Shown: positions 44,915-58,155, numbered from the stretch's first letter. The stretch is 64,000 nt of DNA from Guillardia theta CCMP2712 (GCF_000315625.1 NW_005434664.1:295765-359764); one strand, 5' to 3'. Notes: generated by a model from the letters alone, not told the origin. Made by a program: numbers and translations.

Positions 44915-45510
44915 ACCGTCGCCGCCGACTCGCCCGGCCCGCCCGGGCCGCTGCTGGGCCCGGGGCTAGCCTAGCCTAGTACTGAGGGCCCGGCCGGCTG
45001 CTCAGCGGCCCGGCCCGGGGCGGGCCAGGGCCCGGCGGCAGCATTAGGCTCAGTGACCGGATCATAGCTAAACTTCCGTCACGTTAGCCACTGGCCGCGG
45101 CGGCACTGCTGCTGAGTCACCCGTCAATCAGTCACGCCCCGTGCCAACTTGGGCCAAGTTGCCTACTGAGCTTTTCCGATGATCCGCCGTCATGATCGGC
45201 GGCCCAGATGCGGCGCCGGGCACTACAGTCGCACCGTGGCACTCAGTCACTGACCGCGGCGCCGGTCACGGTCGGAACAAGCCGCCTTCGATTGAGAAGG
45301 GCCGCACATGCCATGACAGACTCGGATAGATCATGCAAGTTGTATTCTACCCGGTGAGAATCTCCGCTCCCGGGGATGTAAAACTTGACTCGCTTAGGCG
45401 GGGGCTCGACTCGTGACGTCACTTTTCGGAGCCCCGGCCCCCGCGGGCCTGACCGTACGCCGCCGCCGGGCCGTCCGTCGCCGCCGCCGGGCTGCACGGC
45501 GCGGCCGCCG
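44915..45510. promoter_or_regulatory. GC-rich CCGG/GGCC palindrome-dense block upstream of a gene start
   Basis: Dense GGCCGG/CCCGGG/ACTCAGT/TCACGG words. The same composition occurs at 7290-7920, 18520-18600, 31290-31500 and 62010-62360. Confidence 0.45.
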
Positions 45511-45523
45511 AGGTATCTTTACT

Positions 45524-45719
45524 GGTATCAGTTAAGTTTGGGCCCGGGGGGACAGCACTGTTGGCAGGATGGGTTTTGGTTCTCGCTGTCTTTTCTCTTC
45601 TCGCCGTTTGCCCGGCAGTGTGCGACAGAGTGTCAGGGTCAGGTCAAGGCTCCTCGACTCTCCTGATTGTCCTCGTACTGATTGTTAACTTGACTGTCCT
45701 CGTACTGATTGTTAACTTG
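45524..45719 (+). mobile_element. Dispersed short element, copy 3 (27-bp internal duplication, right terminus lost)
   Basis: GGTATCAGTTAAGTTTGG...GGTTCTCGCTGTCTTTTCTCTTCTCGCCGTTTG...TCTCCTGATTGTCCTCGTACTGATT; the unit TGTCCTCGTACTGATTGTTAACTTG occurs at 45668 and 45695. Confidence 0.65.
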
Positions 45720-45804
45720 CCTACACAATGAGCGGCCGTGGCAGCCTCCGACCGGATGGACTTGGGCCGAGGAGCTTGCCAGGAGGAGACTGACTCGGAA
45801 AGGC

Positions 45805-47683
45805 TCAGTGGGCCAGTCGCTCTCGTCCATGGGACTTGGCTGCCGCCCTGCTTCCTGCATGAGCAACGGTGAGTGCGACACCGTTATGGTGACCAAGATC
45901 AGAGCCGCAGGATGAAGGGAGTAGATCAGGTCACTCATGGGGAGAGAAGGGGAGAGAGAGTAAGCTGGAGAGAGGAGAGCATACCCATCCTTGCAATGTC
46001 TCTCACAGTCGGCTTGTGCTCTGGCTCCGCACGTTTGGATCGTCGTTGCCCATCTCGCCTCCTCTTGCTCTTGTCCTCCACCTTCTCTGACACCCTGCCC
46101 TCCAACGAGGGCTGAGCCTCCTCCGATGGCCCGCTGCCATCGCCTCCCTGCCTCTCTCCCCCCTCCTCCTCAACATGGGCGCCCCTGCCGTCCGCCCCTT
46201 CGTGATCCGGCATGAACTTCTCGAGCTTGGTCGTCTCCTCCACTTCTCGTCTTGACACAAACCTCATCGGGATCGGCTCCTGCACTCGAGGGCGCACGAA
46301 GTCGGCGCTCAGCCCTGGCTCTTCAGGCTTGGACAGCAGAGATCAGATCACGGGAACGAGCGAGATGCATTCACCTTCTTCCCCGCCCGGCCGTCAAGTT
46401 TCTCCTTGATGGGCTGTGGAACCACCTGAATCAAAGTCAGCATGCACAGTCTGAGATCGACTCTTCCTCTTCCTCCTCCTCACCTTCCTCTCCCGCATGA
46501 CTTGTATCACTGACGACAGAGCGATCGCCTGTTCAGTCGCATGATGCACTCCTCCCCCCCCCTCCTCCCTCTCACCTTCACCCAGTCCTCCACCGTCTCT
46601 GGCAGATCTGCCGTATACACAATCTCATTCACCAGGACCCTCGTGCTGGTAATGCTGAAAAGACCTCCTGTTCGTACAACGAAAGTGTCCGGACTATCTG
46701 TGACCCACCGAAGGTCCTCAGTCAGACTCCACCTCCTCCACCTCCTCCACCTCCTCCACCTCCACCACCTCTACCACCACCACAACCACCTCCTATTCCA
46801 TCACGACCGTACCTTTTGGGCGGAAGCACACGCATCCTTCCAAGGAGATCTTGTCGGCGAGGACGAACTGATTGTATCTCTCTGCGAACTCGTACATGTA
46901 GTTCTCATGCAGCGCACACCATCGCTCCCTCCTCCTCTTCGTGGCCTTGTCGATGCAGCTCATCCAACCATGGATGATCGCTTCATCGTAGAGGCGGTCG
47001 GCAAGACTCTCTACGAAGGGCACGGTAGTGAACGGGATGAGACCAGGCATCCTCCCTGGAGGAATCTCCCCCCCCCTCATCAGGGCCATGCCTGCTTCCA
47101 CGTCATGGCCGTCTTGTCTGCTTAGGATGCTTTCTCGTTCTGGTGGCTCCGTTTTCCCAATGTTGACGGCAACTTTATCGTGCCTGTTCCTTTGTTGGGG
47201 GTTGTTGACGTTTGCAGCATGTTTCTCCTTGTTGAATTGTGTCCCCTGCTTCACTTTATCAAGCTTGCTGCCTTCAAATTCTGGCTTTTCTGGTTTCTTC
47301 GCCATATCATCATATTGTTCTTTCGCATTCTCCTCCTCTTGCTCCTCCTCGTCCTCCTCGTCCTCCTCGTCCTCCTCGTCCTCCTCGTCCTCCTCGTCCC
47401 CGTCCTCGCCGTCGTCATCGTCATCGTCATCGTCTTCGTCTTCGTCTTCGTCATAATCTTCGTCCTCATCATCGTCATCCTCATCTTGTCCACCTTCATT
47501 GTGCGCATTCGTACCATCGTCACTCTTGTGTTCCTTCTCTCGGTCTCCACCTGATCCCTTTCCTAGTTTCTTTGTCCCGTTGCTGTCTCCTCTTCTCTTC
47601 CCCTCCTTCTCCTCCTCTTGCTCGCCCTCCTTCTTCTCCCCCTCCTCCTTCCCTTCCTCTTTCCTGCTGTTGGACTGTCCCAT
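45805..47683 (-). CDS. PH-domain protein with N-myristoylation motif and acidic tract
   Basis: MGQSNS (MGxxxS), a D/E run, then IIHGWMSCIDKATKRRRERWCALHENYMYEF...KISLEGCVC...TFVVRT...YTADLPETVEDWVK|AIA, a PH-fold pattern. The 3' end is approximate. Confidence 0.75.
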
Positions 47684-48106
47684 GGCAGGCTCGACGCCCG
47701 ACAGCAAAAGTTTCACTCAACTTTTAGGGAATATTCTACGAAAATAACCCATATTATAGTTAAATTGCTCACTTTTTAACCCAGAAGTGAGCTAATATGC
47801 TCCATGCCGTCGGCCGGGCCGGGCAGCAAACTAACCCTCTTTACTATCGCCCATGGCAGCCAGAGCACTTCCCAGCAACTCCGTCGAATAGCTCGCAAAT
47901 CAGCTAACATGTCTGGGCACTGAAACTTCAACAAATATGCCGGCGAGAGACGGGACTCGGGAGAGACCTGGTCGAGTCAAACGGTAAACACTTCATGGCA
48001 TGACATCTATCACGGAACTCCCAACCGCTTCTGCACCACTACAAGAGCCACAGTTTAATCCTATATTGCTTGTGTTAAGTACCCACACGAGAGAAAAATA
48101 ACGCCT

Positions 48107-50580
48107 TTATCGGCACCCTAGGTTTTCTAGGGCGCCGGCAGCGTTTATTGTGACTTCTTGGTTTCCGGAGGACAGGAGGACAACCTGCAACCGCATTTCA
48201 ACAAGCAGGTCAGAAACAGAAGAGGACGATCGAACCAGGTGGGGGATCGCTCCTGATTTCTCGAATTCAGGGCGTGTGAAGCTCGACATGGTGAGGCAGC
48301 GGATGGCACCCGAAGCCTTCGACTGACAGTCCAAGTGGTTCGACTGAGACCAAAGTCATCGACAAGATCACGGTCAACTCAACAACACACCTGGATCATA
48401 CGGATCAGAGGAGGGATACCACCGGCCTCCATGATCCGCTTCCTGTTGTCCTCACGCCCCGCAATACTCCAGATTGTTGCAGCAGCCTTGGCCTGAAAGC
48501 ATGCGCGTCAAACGTTCCAACAAGTGACCGCCTGCATGTCTTTGAAGCACCTGTAGATCTGGCGACCCATTCTGCATCAGAGACACAAGGGGCGGAATGG
48601 CCCCAGCCATAGCGACTGCCTCCTGTGCATCCTCGTCGTTGACTGCCAAGTTATGCAGCGCGCCAGCTGCGTTGCTCTGAACTTCAGCAGTCCTCGACGA
48701 GAGCAACTTGGTGATGAGGGGGATGGCGCCAAGACTCTTGATTTTCTTTTGATTCTCTTCGTCAACCGCAAGGGACTGCAAAGCTCCAGCGGCCTTGGCC
48801 TTCACGTGCCTATCCTTGTCCGAGAGCAGCATCATCAACGCTTCAATGCCACCAGCGGCCGCAACAGTCTTCTTGTTCGCAGCATTTACACACAAGTTCT
48901 GCAATGCTCCAGCAGCGCTCAACTGTGCCTCGCGGACATCTGAGTACAGCATCGCAACTAGCGGTTGGATCGCACCAGCTTGTGCAATTGCAAATTTGTT
49001 CTGTTCATTTGCAGCAAGATTCCACAACGCACCAGCAGCACTGGCTTGCACCATTGGGTCTCCGGGTTGAAGTAGCTTCACCAACGGTCCAATAGCTCCA
49101 TTTTGTGCCATCAGCACTTGTGATCTAGAATCCAAAGCCATTGTCTGCAATTCCATGGCCGCATAAGCTTTTTGATCTGCGTCACCGGTCTCAATCTGGT
49201 TCATGAGTTCCTTGAACTGGTCCGACGAAAAGTCGAGGATTTGAGGAGATTGCATCACGGGCTTCTGCGCTTGCTGCTGCTGCTGCTGCTGCTGCTGCTG
49301 AGTAGATGAAACACTGGGGTGCTCATGACCATCATGTGACTCATCAACGGAGAAGTTGTGTGAAGCGTCGTGCTTGTCATCCTTTGAGTCGTCCAATTTG
49401 CCTGTACCACCCGAAGAAGGTGGTTTCTTCCAGTTGACGCGAGAATGTACTGATGCAAACGAACTCCTATCAACCATGCCAACAGTGTGCACAGTTGAAA
49501 CTGCTTCTGTGGCCGGTAGAAGGATCCCAAGTTTCGTCTTCGGCATAGGAGGCGGGGCATTTTGAGCTGCTTGTTGCCACATCTTCCTCACGTCTGAAAC
49601 GTTGGCACTGCTAGTATCGATACTCTTTGGATCAACGGTTGCCGTGGATGATACCACATCTGCTTGCTTTGGCTTCGACTTGGCGATCGGGTCAGCCCAC
49701 TTTTTGGGTTTGTCCGTGCCAGAGGAGCTGGGTGATCCAATTGAAGTATTGCTGAATTGTTGAGATAATCTCGAGACAGACTCGTTAGAAACTGGCTGCT
49801 GATATGCAGATTCAGAGGTGGGTGGGGAGATTGAATCACTTTGGGTCTGATTGCTGTCTACCTGTAATTGATCAATTCCTGCAGAATCCATTTGAAGATC
49901 AAGTGGCGCTGTTTGAGAGTCGCCATTCGCAGAGAAATCCAACCCATAAGAAGGAAGTTCGCTCCCATATGCCTTGGTAGGATCTTGAACAGCTGGAGCT
50001 GGAGCTAGGCCATCATTGCCGTAATAGCTCGTGTAACCCTGGTTCACGCTTTGTGGCACGTACTCTGCTCCATAGGTATTGAAGGAAGCTGTCGTATCAG
50101 GCACTCTGCCATATTGAGCATCTGATCCATACACAGTCAACCAGTTACCACATCGCCCACCTCTTTCGATGCTAGTTTCATAACAAAATATGGACAGATT
50201 TCAAAACCCCAATATTCAAAATCAATATCGAATGAATCCAGAGCAAGAATTCAAACAAACACATGATTGTACACGGCACGAAAACTGAGATCAATCATGC
50301 GGCCAATGTAACATGCTTGTAGCTTACCCATGCCATACTGAGGTGCACCGTACGCTCCGTAAGTTTGACCCGCAGGGAACTCACCATATGGCTGGCCGGC
50401 TCCTGCGCAGAACAAGAATGTCAGGGGGGCGATTTCTTTATCTGAAAAAATCACCATATTCTGCACCATAACCCCCCGTGCTACCATAGCCATAGCTGGG
50501 GAAGCTAGAGTGAAATGTCAGCGAAACGTTGTTATGGGTCAACATTCAAATTCCAGGTTTCTGAGAGCTGCTCACCTCAT
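48107..50580 (-). CDS. Armadillo-repeat protein (Vac8-like repeats) with Tyr/Gly-rich and poly-Q N-terminal region
   Basis: Repeated GAI.PLV.LL...Q..AAGAL.NLA units. Short 5' exons MS|FPSYGYGSTG|GAGQPYG...QYGM| join the 562-aa ORF; the protein ends AAGALENLGCR*. Confidence 0.85.
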
Positions 50581-52453
50581 ACTTTCGGCGACGTTTTGTT
50601 ACAGTCCAAGAGCTGTGCCAAGGGGTGATCCAAGTCCAGAATGATGGAAACAGGGATAGGAACAAATGGAAGCCTGGAATTATATCAATATTTTAGCTGT
50701 GGGACCATAGACATAAAACTGGCCACAGGGTGTTCGCTAGACACCATCGGCAAGCTTCATCACGCAAGACAAAACAAAACTACAATCTAAGTCTTGTGCA
50801 ACACAATGTGTAACAGAAGGTAAAAGGAGATAAGCGCAAAACAACTCTTGCACTAGGCTGAAAAATTCAAAATCTTCTTAGGCATTTCATAGGTAATGTG
50901 AAGGTACAAGCCACTGCTCATTTTCTAGTTACGGATCTGATGTCACAAAGAAGGGATGATATCAAATAGCATCAGCTTATACAAACTCACAAACTCTACA
51001 AAGACACATCTGTCCTGTCTCCGTCGATCCGATCTCACAAAGGGCAACGTCAAAATCCCCTCATCACACACTACCCCTGCAGACACGGAAGCATGCCGTC
51101 CAGAGTCAGCCTATCTCTTCTACAGCAGCTCGCTATGGACATCTCAGCATTGCACTTTTGCCTGCAGCTATGAAGGCGACTTGCGAGAGCGCTTCGTTGC
51201 CCATAGCTGCATAGGGCGCGGGCGCGGAGGAAGGGGTACCCTACAAAGGTCCTAGCTCTTAGCCTACTAAGACCAGCGCTATAGGAAGCGCATAACACGC
51301 TAGCACCACGCTATAGTCCGACGTAGGGGTGTGCTAGGAGTAGGTGCTGCACCTGTTCACCCCCTCAGATGTGTTGCATAAGGAGGGTAGGGTCCATTTA
51401 GAATAATCTGTTGGGGTGGGGGTAAGAGGAAACAGGGGTAGTCAAGGGAAGATTTGAGATTTGGGTGGGTCATTCAATTAAAGATGTGGGGGTGGGCAAG
51501 GAAAAATACTCATGGGGTAGGGTGGGGTCATGTTGAATGTGGGGTCTCCCCATTCAGGATTTGAATTCAGCCATCGATCAAGGGCCCATAATTCACTGAA
51601 ACTTGGGGGTGAGGGGTACTCTTTGGGAAAAATTACCACTTGGGTATCCAAAATTTTCCAGTCAGTGGGGGTTCTAAAAATGGCATATGGAGGGGTCCAC
51701 AAGGAAAAAGGGGGGTATATTGAAAAGAGGGTGGGTGTGTGGTAGCGGGGTACAAGGGCTTCGCTGGTGGTCATAATAGTTGTTGGACTACGACGAAAGT
51801 ATGTTGAAAGGTGGGTGGGGTGCATATTGAGTGGGTGGGGGTACATGACGAGGGGTACAGTTGGTGACATGGGGTAGTGGTATGGTTATCAACAACTCGA
51901 GCTAGGCGATGGTACGGCTCAATCAGGGGGTAGGGGTATACAAACAAATTGACAATGGTGTCATCAACTCAACTATTTCAATTGGCTCTCTAATTGATTT
52001 GTTTATGCCCTCCCTCTTGATGACCCCCGTGCAACCTGTTTGATTCACCCTCAACACATCTCGTACCCACCCCCATTATTGTCGGACCCCCACAGTGACC
52101 CCTACTCCGGAGTGTTCCGATCCCGACCAAAGTACCACAGTTGTCGTCCCTACCCCTGGCCCCCACCCCCTTCCTCAGCACTTGACGCTAGAACGTTCCA
52201 TAGCGGGCCGGGCTTCACTCCCCGGGTCACGGTCTACCCCGGAGTAACATCGGCGGGCCTGGCCCGTAGGTCGGCACCGTGCTAGGAGGCGGTGTGCTAT
52301 AAAAATCACATTTATTGGATAGTATATCATTGAATTTTACAGTGATATCAACAGTAAACTACAAATAATTTCCTTACTGCGTACAATAAACTATAGAATA
52401 CAATTGAGTTTCCCACAGGCAGGCAAGGGGAAAAAAGTTGCCAGGATCTCGCT

Positions 52454-53590
52454 ATGGCCTGCGCCGCTTTCTCGGCCTCGCTCTCCTCCCCCTCGCTGTC
52501 TCGCAACCTCCTAGCCCCTTCCTCGTGGCTGACTCGTCACTCCGTCCATCCTCTGCCCGCATCCCGCCGCCAAAGTCTTCAACAGCCGCTCGCCATGGCG
52601 GATCCCCGGGAGGGAAAGCACGTCAACTCCATGAACAGGTTTCTCCTCCTCCCCGGGTCTTCACGATGATGACGGCGTGTACTGTTGTGCAGATACATGA
52701 GCATCGGACCATCTGATGTCCGCGCAGTGCAAGATCGAGCCGATGGCGTGGCAACATCGTTGGAGTGGAAGAGGACGAAGGTTTGCTGTGTGGCCTTGAT
52801 ATACGATCTGAAGGGCGTGCAACAAGGACGCCTTGCTGAAGCTCATCACGAAGAGGACGAGGGAGAGGCTGCGGACCGATGCTGTTGAGGCCACGCGGGT
52901 AGAGGAAGGGGAGGAAGCGTGTGGAGGGTGAGATGGCGGCCAGGAACATCTCGAGCAGCTGCAGCTCGACATTTCGAGACTGTCGGTCATACACGTTGCG
53001 GGAACAAAAGGTGAGGAGCCGGGGTCGAGGAGGAAACCTTGCTCTGCATCATAGTAGAAGGGGGTGTTCAACGTGCGACACAGGCAAGGGATCGACATGC
53101 AGCATGGTCGAATCCATCTTGAGGTCCAAGGTCAGCCTCCTGCTCCTCCTGTTCCTCCACCCCGCCCCCCCCCCCCTCACCCCCCCAACCCATTCCCCCT
53201 CCCACACGCCCCCGTCACGCTGCACCGCAGGGCTACAGGACTGGCTTGTACACGTCGCCCCATCTCATTGACGTGGGTCCAGGCTGAGCATGCTCGAATA
53301 TGCCATGAGCTGAGAGCAGGTGCGCGAGAGAGTTCGAATCAACGGGGACCCCCTCCCGCATGCGGAGTTCTGCCGGTCAGATAGCGAGGGGTGCATGCTC
53401 GCATGCCAGCTGTGACGTGCTCTTGGGTGCGAAGGTACTTCTGGGAAGTGCACGATGCGCTCAAGATGTTCTCCGACGACGAGCAGAACGAAAGTCAGAT
53501 GCCGGGATACTTCAGGTGCGCGATAAGAGGAGGGAGCGAGGGAGCGAGGCAGGCAGGGATTGAGGGAGGGTGCGGGGGTGCGAGAGAGCA

Positions 53591-53634
<44 letters not shown>

Positions 53635-53650
53635 AGGCAGGCAGGCAGGA

Positions 53651-53683
<33 letters not shown>

Positions 53684-54706
53684 GAGGGATGATGAGCAAA
53701 CAGGTTCCTCACGGTCCTCGCATTCAAGATTTTCCTGACTGAACCCATCGATGTTGCCATCGTTGAAGTTGGTTTGGGGTAAGGAGAACTACATTCACCT
53801 TCTCCTCCTCCTCTTCTTTCTCCTCCCCTTCCTCCTCCTCCTCCTCCTCCTCCTCCTCCTCTGTCCCCTCCCCTCCCCACCACCACCTCCTCCTCCTGCT
53901 TACCATTCCCCTACTACCATTCTTGACTCCTCCTCCGACACCCTCTCCCTGCATTTCTTGCTGAATCTGTTGTTTCTCAAAGTGGGCGGTTTGATGCTAC
54001 CAACATTGTCGCTCCTGTAGCCTGCGGAGTGAGTCTACTCCTCCTTCTCCTTTCGCCTCCTCCTTCTCCACTGCCCTGTCCTCTACTGCACCGTCTCCCC
54101 TCCTCCTCCTCCTCCTCCTCCTCCTCCTCCTCCTCCTCCTCTACCGTGATCGTCATTGACCTCTCTTACTCGATCATATGACTTTGGAATTGCCAAGATA
54201 ACATCCCTGGGCTTTGATCACACCAACGTGCTGGGAAACACGATCGAAGAAATTGCATTTCAGAAAGCAGGTGAGCAAAATTCTCAAACTCCTCCTCCTC
54301 CTGTTCCTCCTTTCCATCCTCCTCCAGCTCCATCCTCCTCCTCTCCATTATCATCATCCTCCTCCTCCTCTCCTGCTCCTCCCCTCCAGCTTTTCATCCT
54401 CCTCTCCATCCTCCTTCTCTCCATCCTCATCCTCCTCAATCAGTGTCGCTGCCAGCGTTTGTTCTGGACCCCAAGCCTGACTCCTTTTTCCTCCCTCCTC
54501 TTCCTCCCTCCTCCTCGAATGTTCGTGAGCTCATTCCTACAGGGATCCTCAAGGTGGAATGTCGCAGTCATTGACGTGCTTTTGACTTGTTTGTCGTCCG
54601 CTGAGCAGCCAGGAGTGCTCAGCTTCACATCTCCGCAACGGCCGAACGCCATGAGGGTCCTGGAGCAGGAGGCGCAGAAGGTTAGCAGAGAGCAGGAGCG
54701 GGAGCG

Positions 54707-54783
<77 letters not shown>

Positions 54784-56371
54784 GGGAGCGGGAGGGTAGG
54801 AGAAGGGGAGGAAAGGAAAGCTGAGCTGCCTTTAGGTGGGATGCCCTCTGCTGGAAGTTCCTCCCATGTCCAAGTTTACTCGAGGGAATGAGGCGAATGC
54901 CCTGGACATCGGGCTCAAGGGAGAAGTGCAGGACATTAACGCCGGGCTGGCCGTTGCTCTTTCTAACGCGTGGTAACCCTCTCTCACCTCATCCTCCTCG
55001 TCCCCTCGCTCCACCTCCTCGTTCTCCTTCTCCATCTCCTCCTCACGCCGAACATGTTTGAGTCGCAGCCTTGGTCGTGTCCTTCAGCTCTAGCCTCTTT
55101 CCTGTTCTCAATGCCGTTACAGGCTGGCGAGGAACCAGGCGAAGCCTCCGCGAAGAGAGGATCTCTTTGTCGTGTCCGAGGGTTTCAGGTTGAGGAGGAG
55201 GAGGAGGAGGAGGAGGAGGAGGAGGAGGAGGGGGAGGAGGAGAAGGAGAATGAAGGAGCTGAGACTCGGTCGGCGTGTAGGGAAGGGCTGAGGGGCGTGA
55301 GGATGCTCGGAAGGTGTCAACGGCTCGTCTTCGCTCCTCGCTCGGGCCCCGTGTCGGGCAACGTCGAGGTCTCTTACTACCTGGACGGAGCTCACACGTT
55401 GGAGAGCGTCGAGTGTGGTGAGACCTCCATGTCATCCTTGCTCAATCATCTCCCCCAATGGCTTCCGCTCCTCCTCTCTAGACCTCTCTGCTCCTCCGTC
55501 ATGAAAGCGCTTCCCATTCGTTCCCTCCTCGTACGAACATCTCCTCCCTCCTTCCCTCCTCTACAGAAAACCTTCTCCTCCCTCCTTCCCTCCTCGTTGG
55601 AGTGCTCCTTTCTTCTCCTCCTCAACGCTTCCTCTCCCTCCTCATCTTCCTCCTGTCAGACTTCCATGCAGGAGCGCACTGGTACGAGTCCAACGTGGGC
55701 TCTGCGCAGCGCAGCGACGTCCAACAAGCTGCCAACATCCTCGTCTTCTACTGCAGCGGCGACCGCGACTACAAGTCGCTCCTCGAGCCCCTCATCCAGC
55801 TCAACAAGCACCACCCCTTCTCCAAGGCTCTTACCCGTCCGCTCAGCCTGCAGGAGGGGTAACACTACCGCAGGTCCTCTTCTGCCCCAACAATGAGGCC
55901 ATGGACACTAAGGGCATGACCCTCTCGTCGTGGACCCGCCTCATCGCAGCTCACTGGGAGGTGAGGGCGTACTGGGACGAGCGCAAGTGACGGGCCGGCA
56001 GGAGATGACGGGGAGAACGGCCGACATCCTCGACGACGTGACGGGAGGGTTGCGAGCTCTGCTGCTGCCCTCACCCTTCCTGGCAGGTCACGTCCCTCGT
56101 CGACCGCATCTCGTCCGAGGCGAACGACGAGTTTGGCCTCGCAGCGGACAGCAGCTGGGACCTGCGGGCCAACGGTGATCAGCTCTTCGCCCAGCAGCAA
56201 AGGGGCGAGGCGAGCGGGTGCAGCGGCAGCGGGTTAGCAGGCAGGAGGAGGGAGTACAGCGTGTACATCACCGGCTCGCTGCTGCTCTGCGGAGATACGC
56301 TTGAGGAGCTGCTGAGCAGGACAAGTGACCCTGTACAGGCCAAGGAGTGGATCCTCAAGTTCAGCCAGTAG
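52454..56371 (+). CDS. FPGS: Folylpolyglutamate synthase (multi-exon)
   Basis: Spliced motifs: VIHVAGTK|GKGSTCSMVESILR, TGLYTSPHLIDV, YFWEV, MPGYFR|FLTVLAFKIF, VAIVEVGLG|GRFDATN, ITSLGFDHTNVLGNTIEEIAFQKAG, GRCQ, YYLDGAHT, VYITGSLLLCGD. Confidence 0.92.
53591..54794. repeat. Intronic microsatellite blocks in FPGS
   Basis: (GGCA)n 53591-53681; (CCT)n about 53800-53900, 54100-54142 and 54290-54440; (GAGCAG)n 54688-54794. Confidence 0.9.
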
Positions 56372-56497
56372 GGACGGGGCGGCGCCCTGACAAGCTGTAG
56401 GCTGGTAGAGGGCCGAGCACTGACCCGGCGAGTTCACAGCAGTGCATTTACTTGAACAAATCGATGAATATCAGCTGTTGAATGCCTTAGAGGCTCC

Positions 56498-58155
56498 TCA
56501 CACATACTCCTGGTTCATGGTGGTTCCGGTCTCAAGGATGCCGTGGGCGGACATCACCATGAAGCCGAAGATCGCCTTGGATGCGATGTCGAGGATGGAG
56601 TAGGCGCAAACCTCGAAAGAGACCGAGAAGGATGCGAAACCGTCTGAGAAGAGCCAGACAACTCTGCGATGATCGTGTTAGTGACTGCAAGATTGTGCAT
56701 AGATTTGGCTCACGGGTAGAAGATCCATGACACGATGGTCAGCCATGCCAGACGCCCGTAGACATCAGCGCGGTCGTTTCCTTTCTGAAGAGCAGAATCT
56801 CTGAAGTTGACGGCGAGAGCGTAGAGCACCTGTCTCAACTGTCAAACACAAACCTCCGAGTCTTCCTCATGCTCATTACCACAACAAAGAGAGCCATGGA
56901 GATGACAAACCAAAACCACTTGACTGTTGTCACGATCGAGACCGTGCCCAGATAACCTCCCACAATCATGATAACTGCCGCAGGTGTTACATACACCTCT
57001 GCCTTTCCTCTACCTCTCTCTCACCGTCTGCTCCCATCACACCTCCAATAAGCGCAGGCTCAGCTCCAGCAATCAATCCGAGCTCGAGAATGATCAGGGC
57101 GGTAGTGATCGTCCAGTCGACATATCGTGCGTAGAAAAACTGCCTGCAGCCAGCAACTGCCGTCCACCCCTGGCCAGACAACATGGCAAAGTAGGACATG
57201 GTGGCAAGGCCACAGATGAAGACATTGCAGTAGTAGTACACTTTCTGGGAGGTGGCGGGACCAACACGCGTGATGAAGATGATTGTTGAAACAGCCAGGA
57301 TCAAGAAGGTGATAGTGAGAGCACCGACACCAGTAGAGCCGACCTCCTCAATGGTCGTGCATGCAGTAGGAGCCAGGCTCTGTGCAGCAAGCTGCTGGAG
57401 CACCTGCCATAGGATCAGGCTGCTGAAATATACAGGAATCCGTGCTGAACATGCACAGAATCCCACAAATCGAGCTTCTCATACACAGATACACAGCAAG
57501 ATACACATCAAAACACATGTAAACATTCTCCTTGCACAACCTCCAGCACATTACACATTATGGTTTGGATATGATCAACCCCCGCCCGCCCCTCCAGAGC
57601 TTTTGGATGAGGCGAGAACAGCTAACAAAATTCACAATCGAGACCCTGCTGTCCAGATAACCTCCCAACAAAACTCTCTACATTTCAATGCAGGATCTCG
57701 TTCTCTGAACAAGGATTCCACAAATCGCTTCTGTTGCTCTGCTACATCCTCGAACGTTCATAGCACGCGATAAACGCTAAAAATCCATAATTCTTCCTTG
57801 GACAACGGTATACAAGGTTGAAACGACAACATCTGAATCGCTCAGAATTCCATTCGTCACAAAGAAACACCAACTAAAGCTGCTTCAAAAAAGGAGGGTG
57901 TATATTTCAATGGCGATCAGGCAAGAAAATCAGATGTCATGATACAGCTTCGAAGGAAACCATTATCATACAATTCTACACTTGATGCAAGCGCAAGGTC
58001 ATCAAGAGATTGGATGTTTGAGCGATCAAGTCAAGAAAAAACTCACAACGTTGCATTGCAAACTTCATTTCTACCGTCATCGTAACATATCACATCGCAA
58101 CATGATGCATGCAGAGCAAGAGCTCAGCGGTATCAGAGTTCAGGGAGCATACCAT
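56498..58155 (-). CDS. Type-1 (microbial) rhodopsin, bacteriorhodopsin-like cryptophyte clade, DTE motif
   Basis: Spliced protein: ...TMSYFAMLSGQGW...CRQFFYARYVDWTITTALIILELG...GAD|VIMIVGG...KWFWF...SWIFYP|VVWLFSDG...FEVCAYSILDIASKAIFG...EYV*. It has 7 TM segments and the DxxxK retinal lysine. The body (56498-57403) is firm; the ATG-only first exon at 58153-58155 is inferred. Confidence 0.93.

Noticed and set aside
57930-58004. C/D-box snoRNA-like TGATGA...CTGA on the minus strand within the rhodopsin intron
   Set aside because: No terminal stem and no rRNA-complementary guide that I could recognise; such boxes arise by chance.
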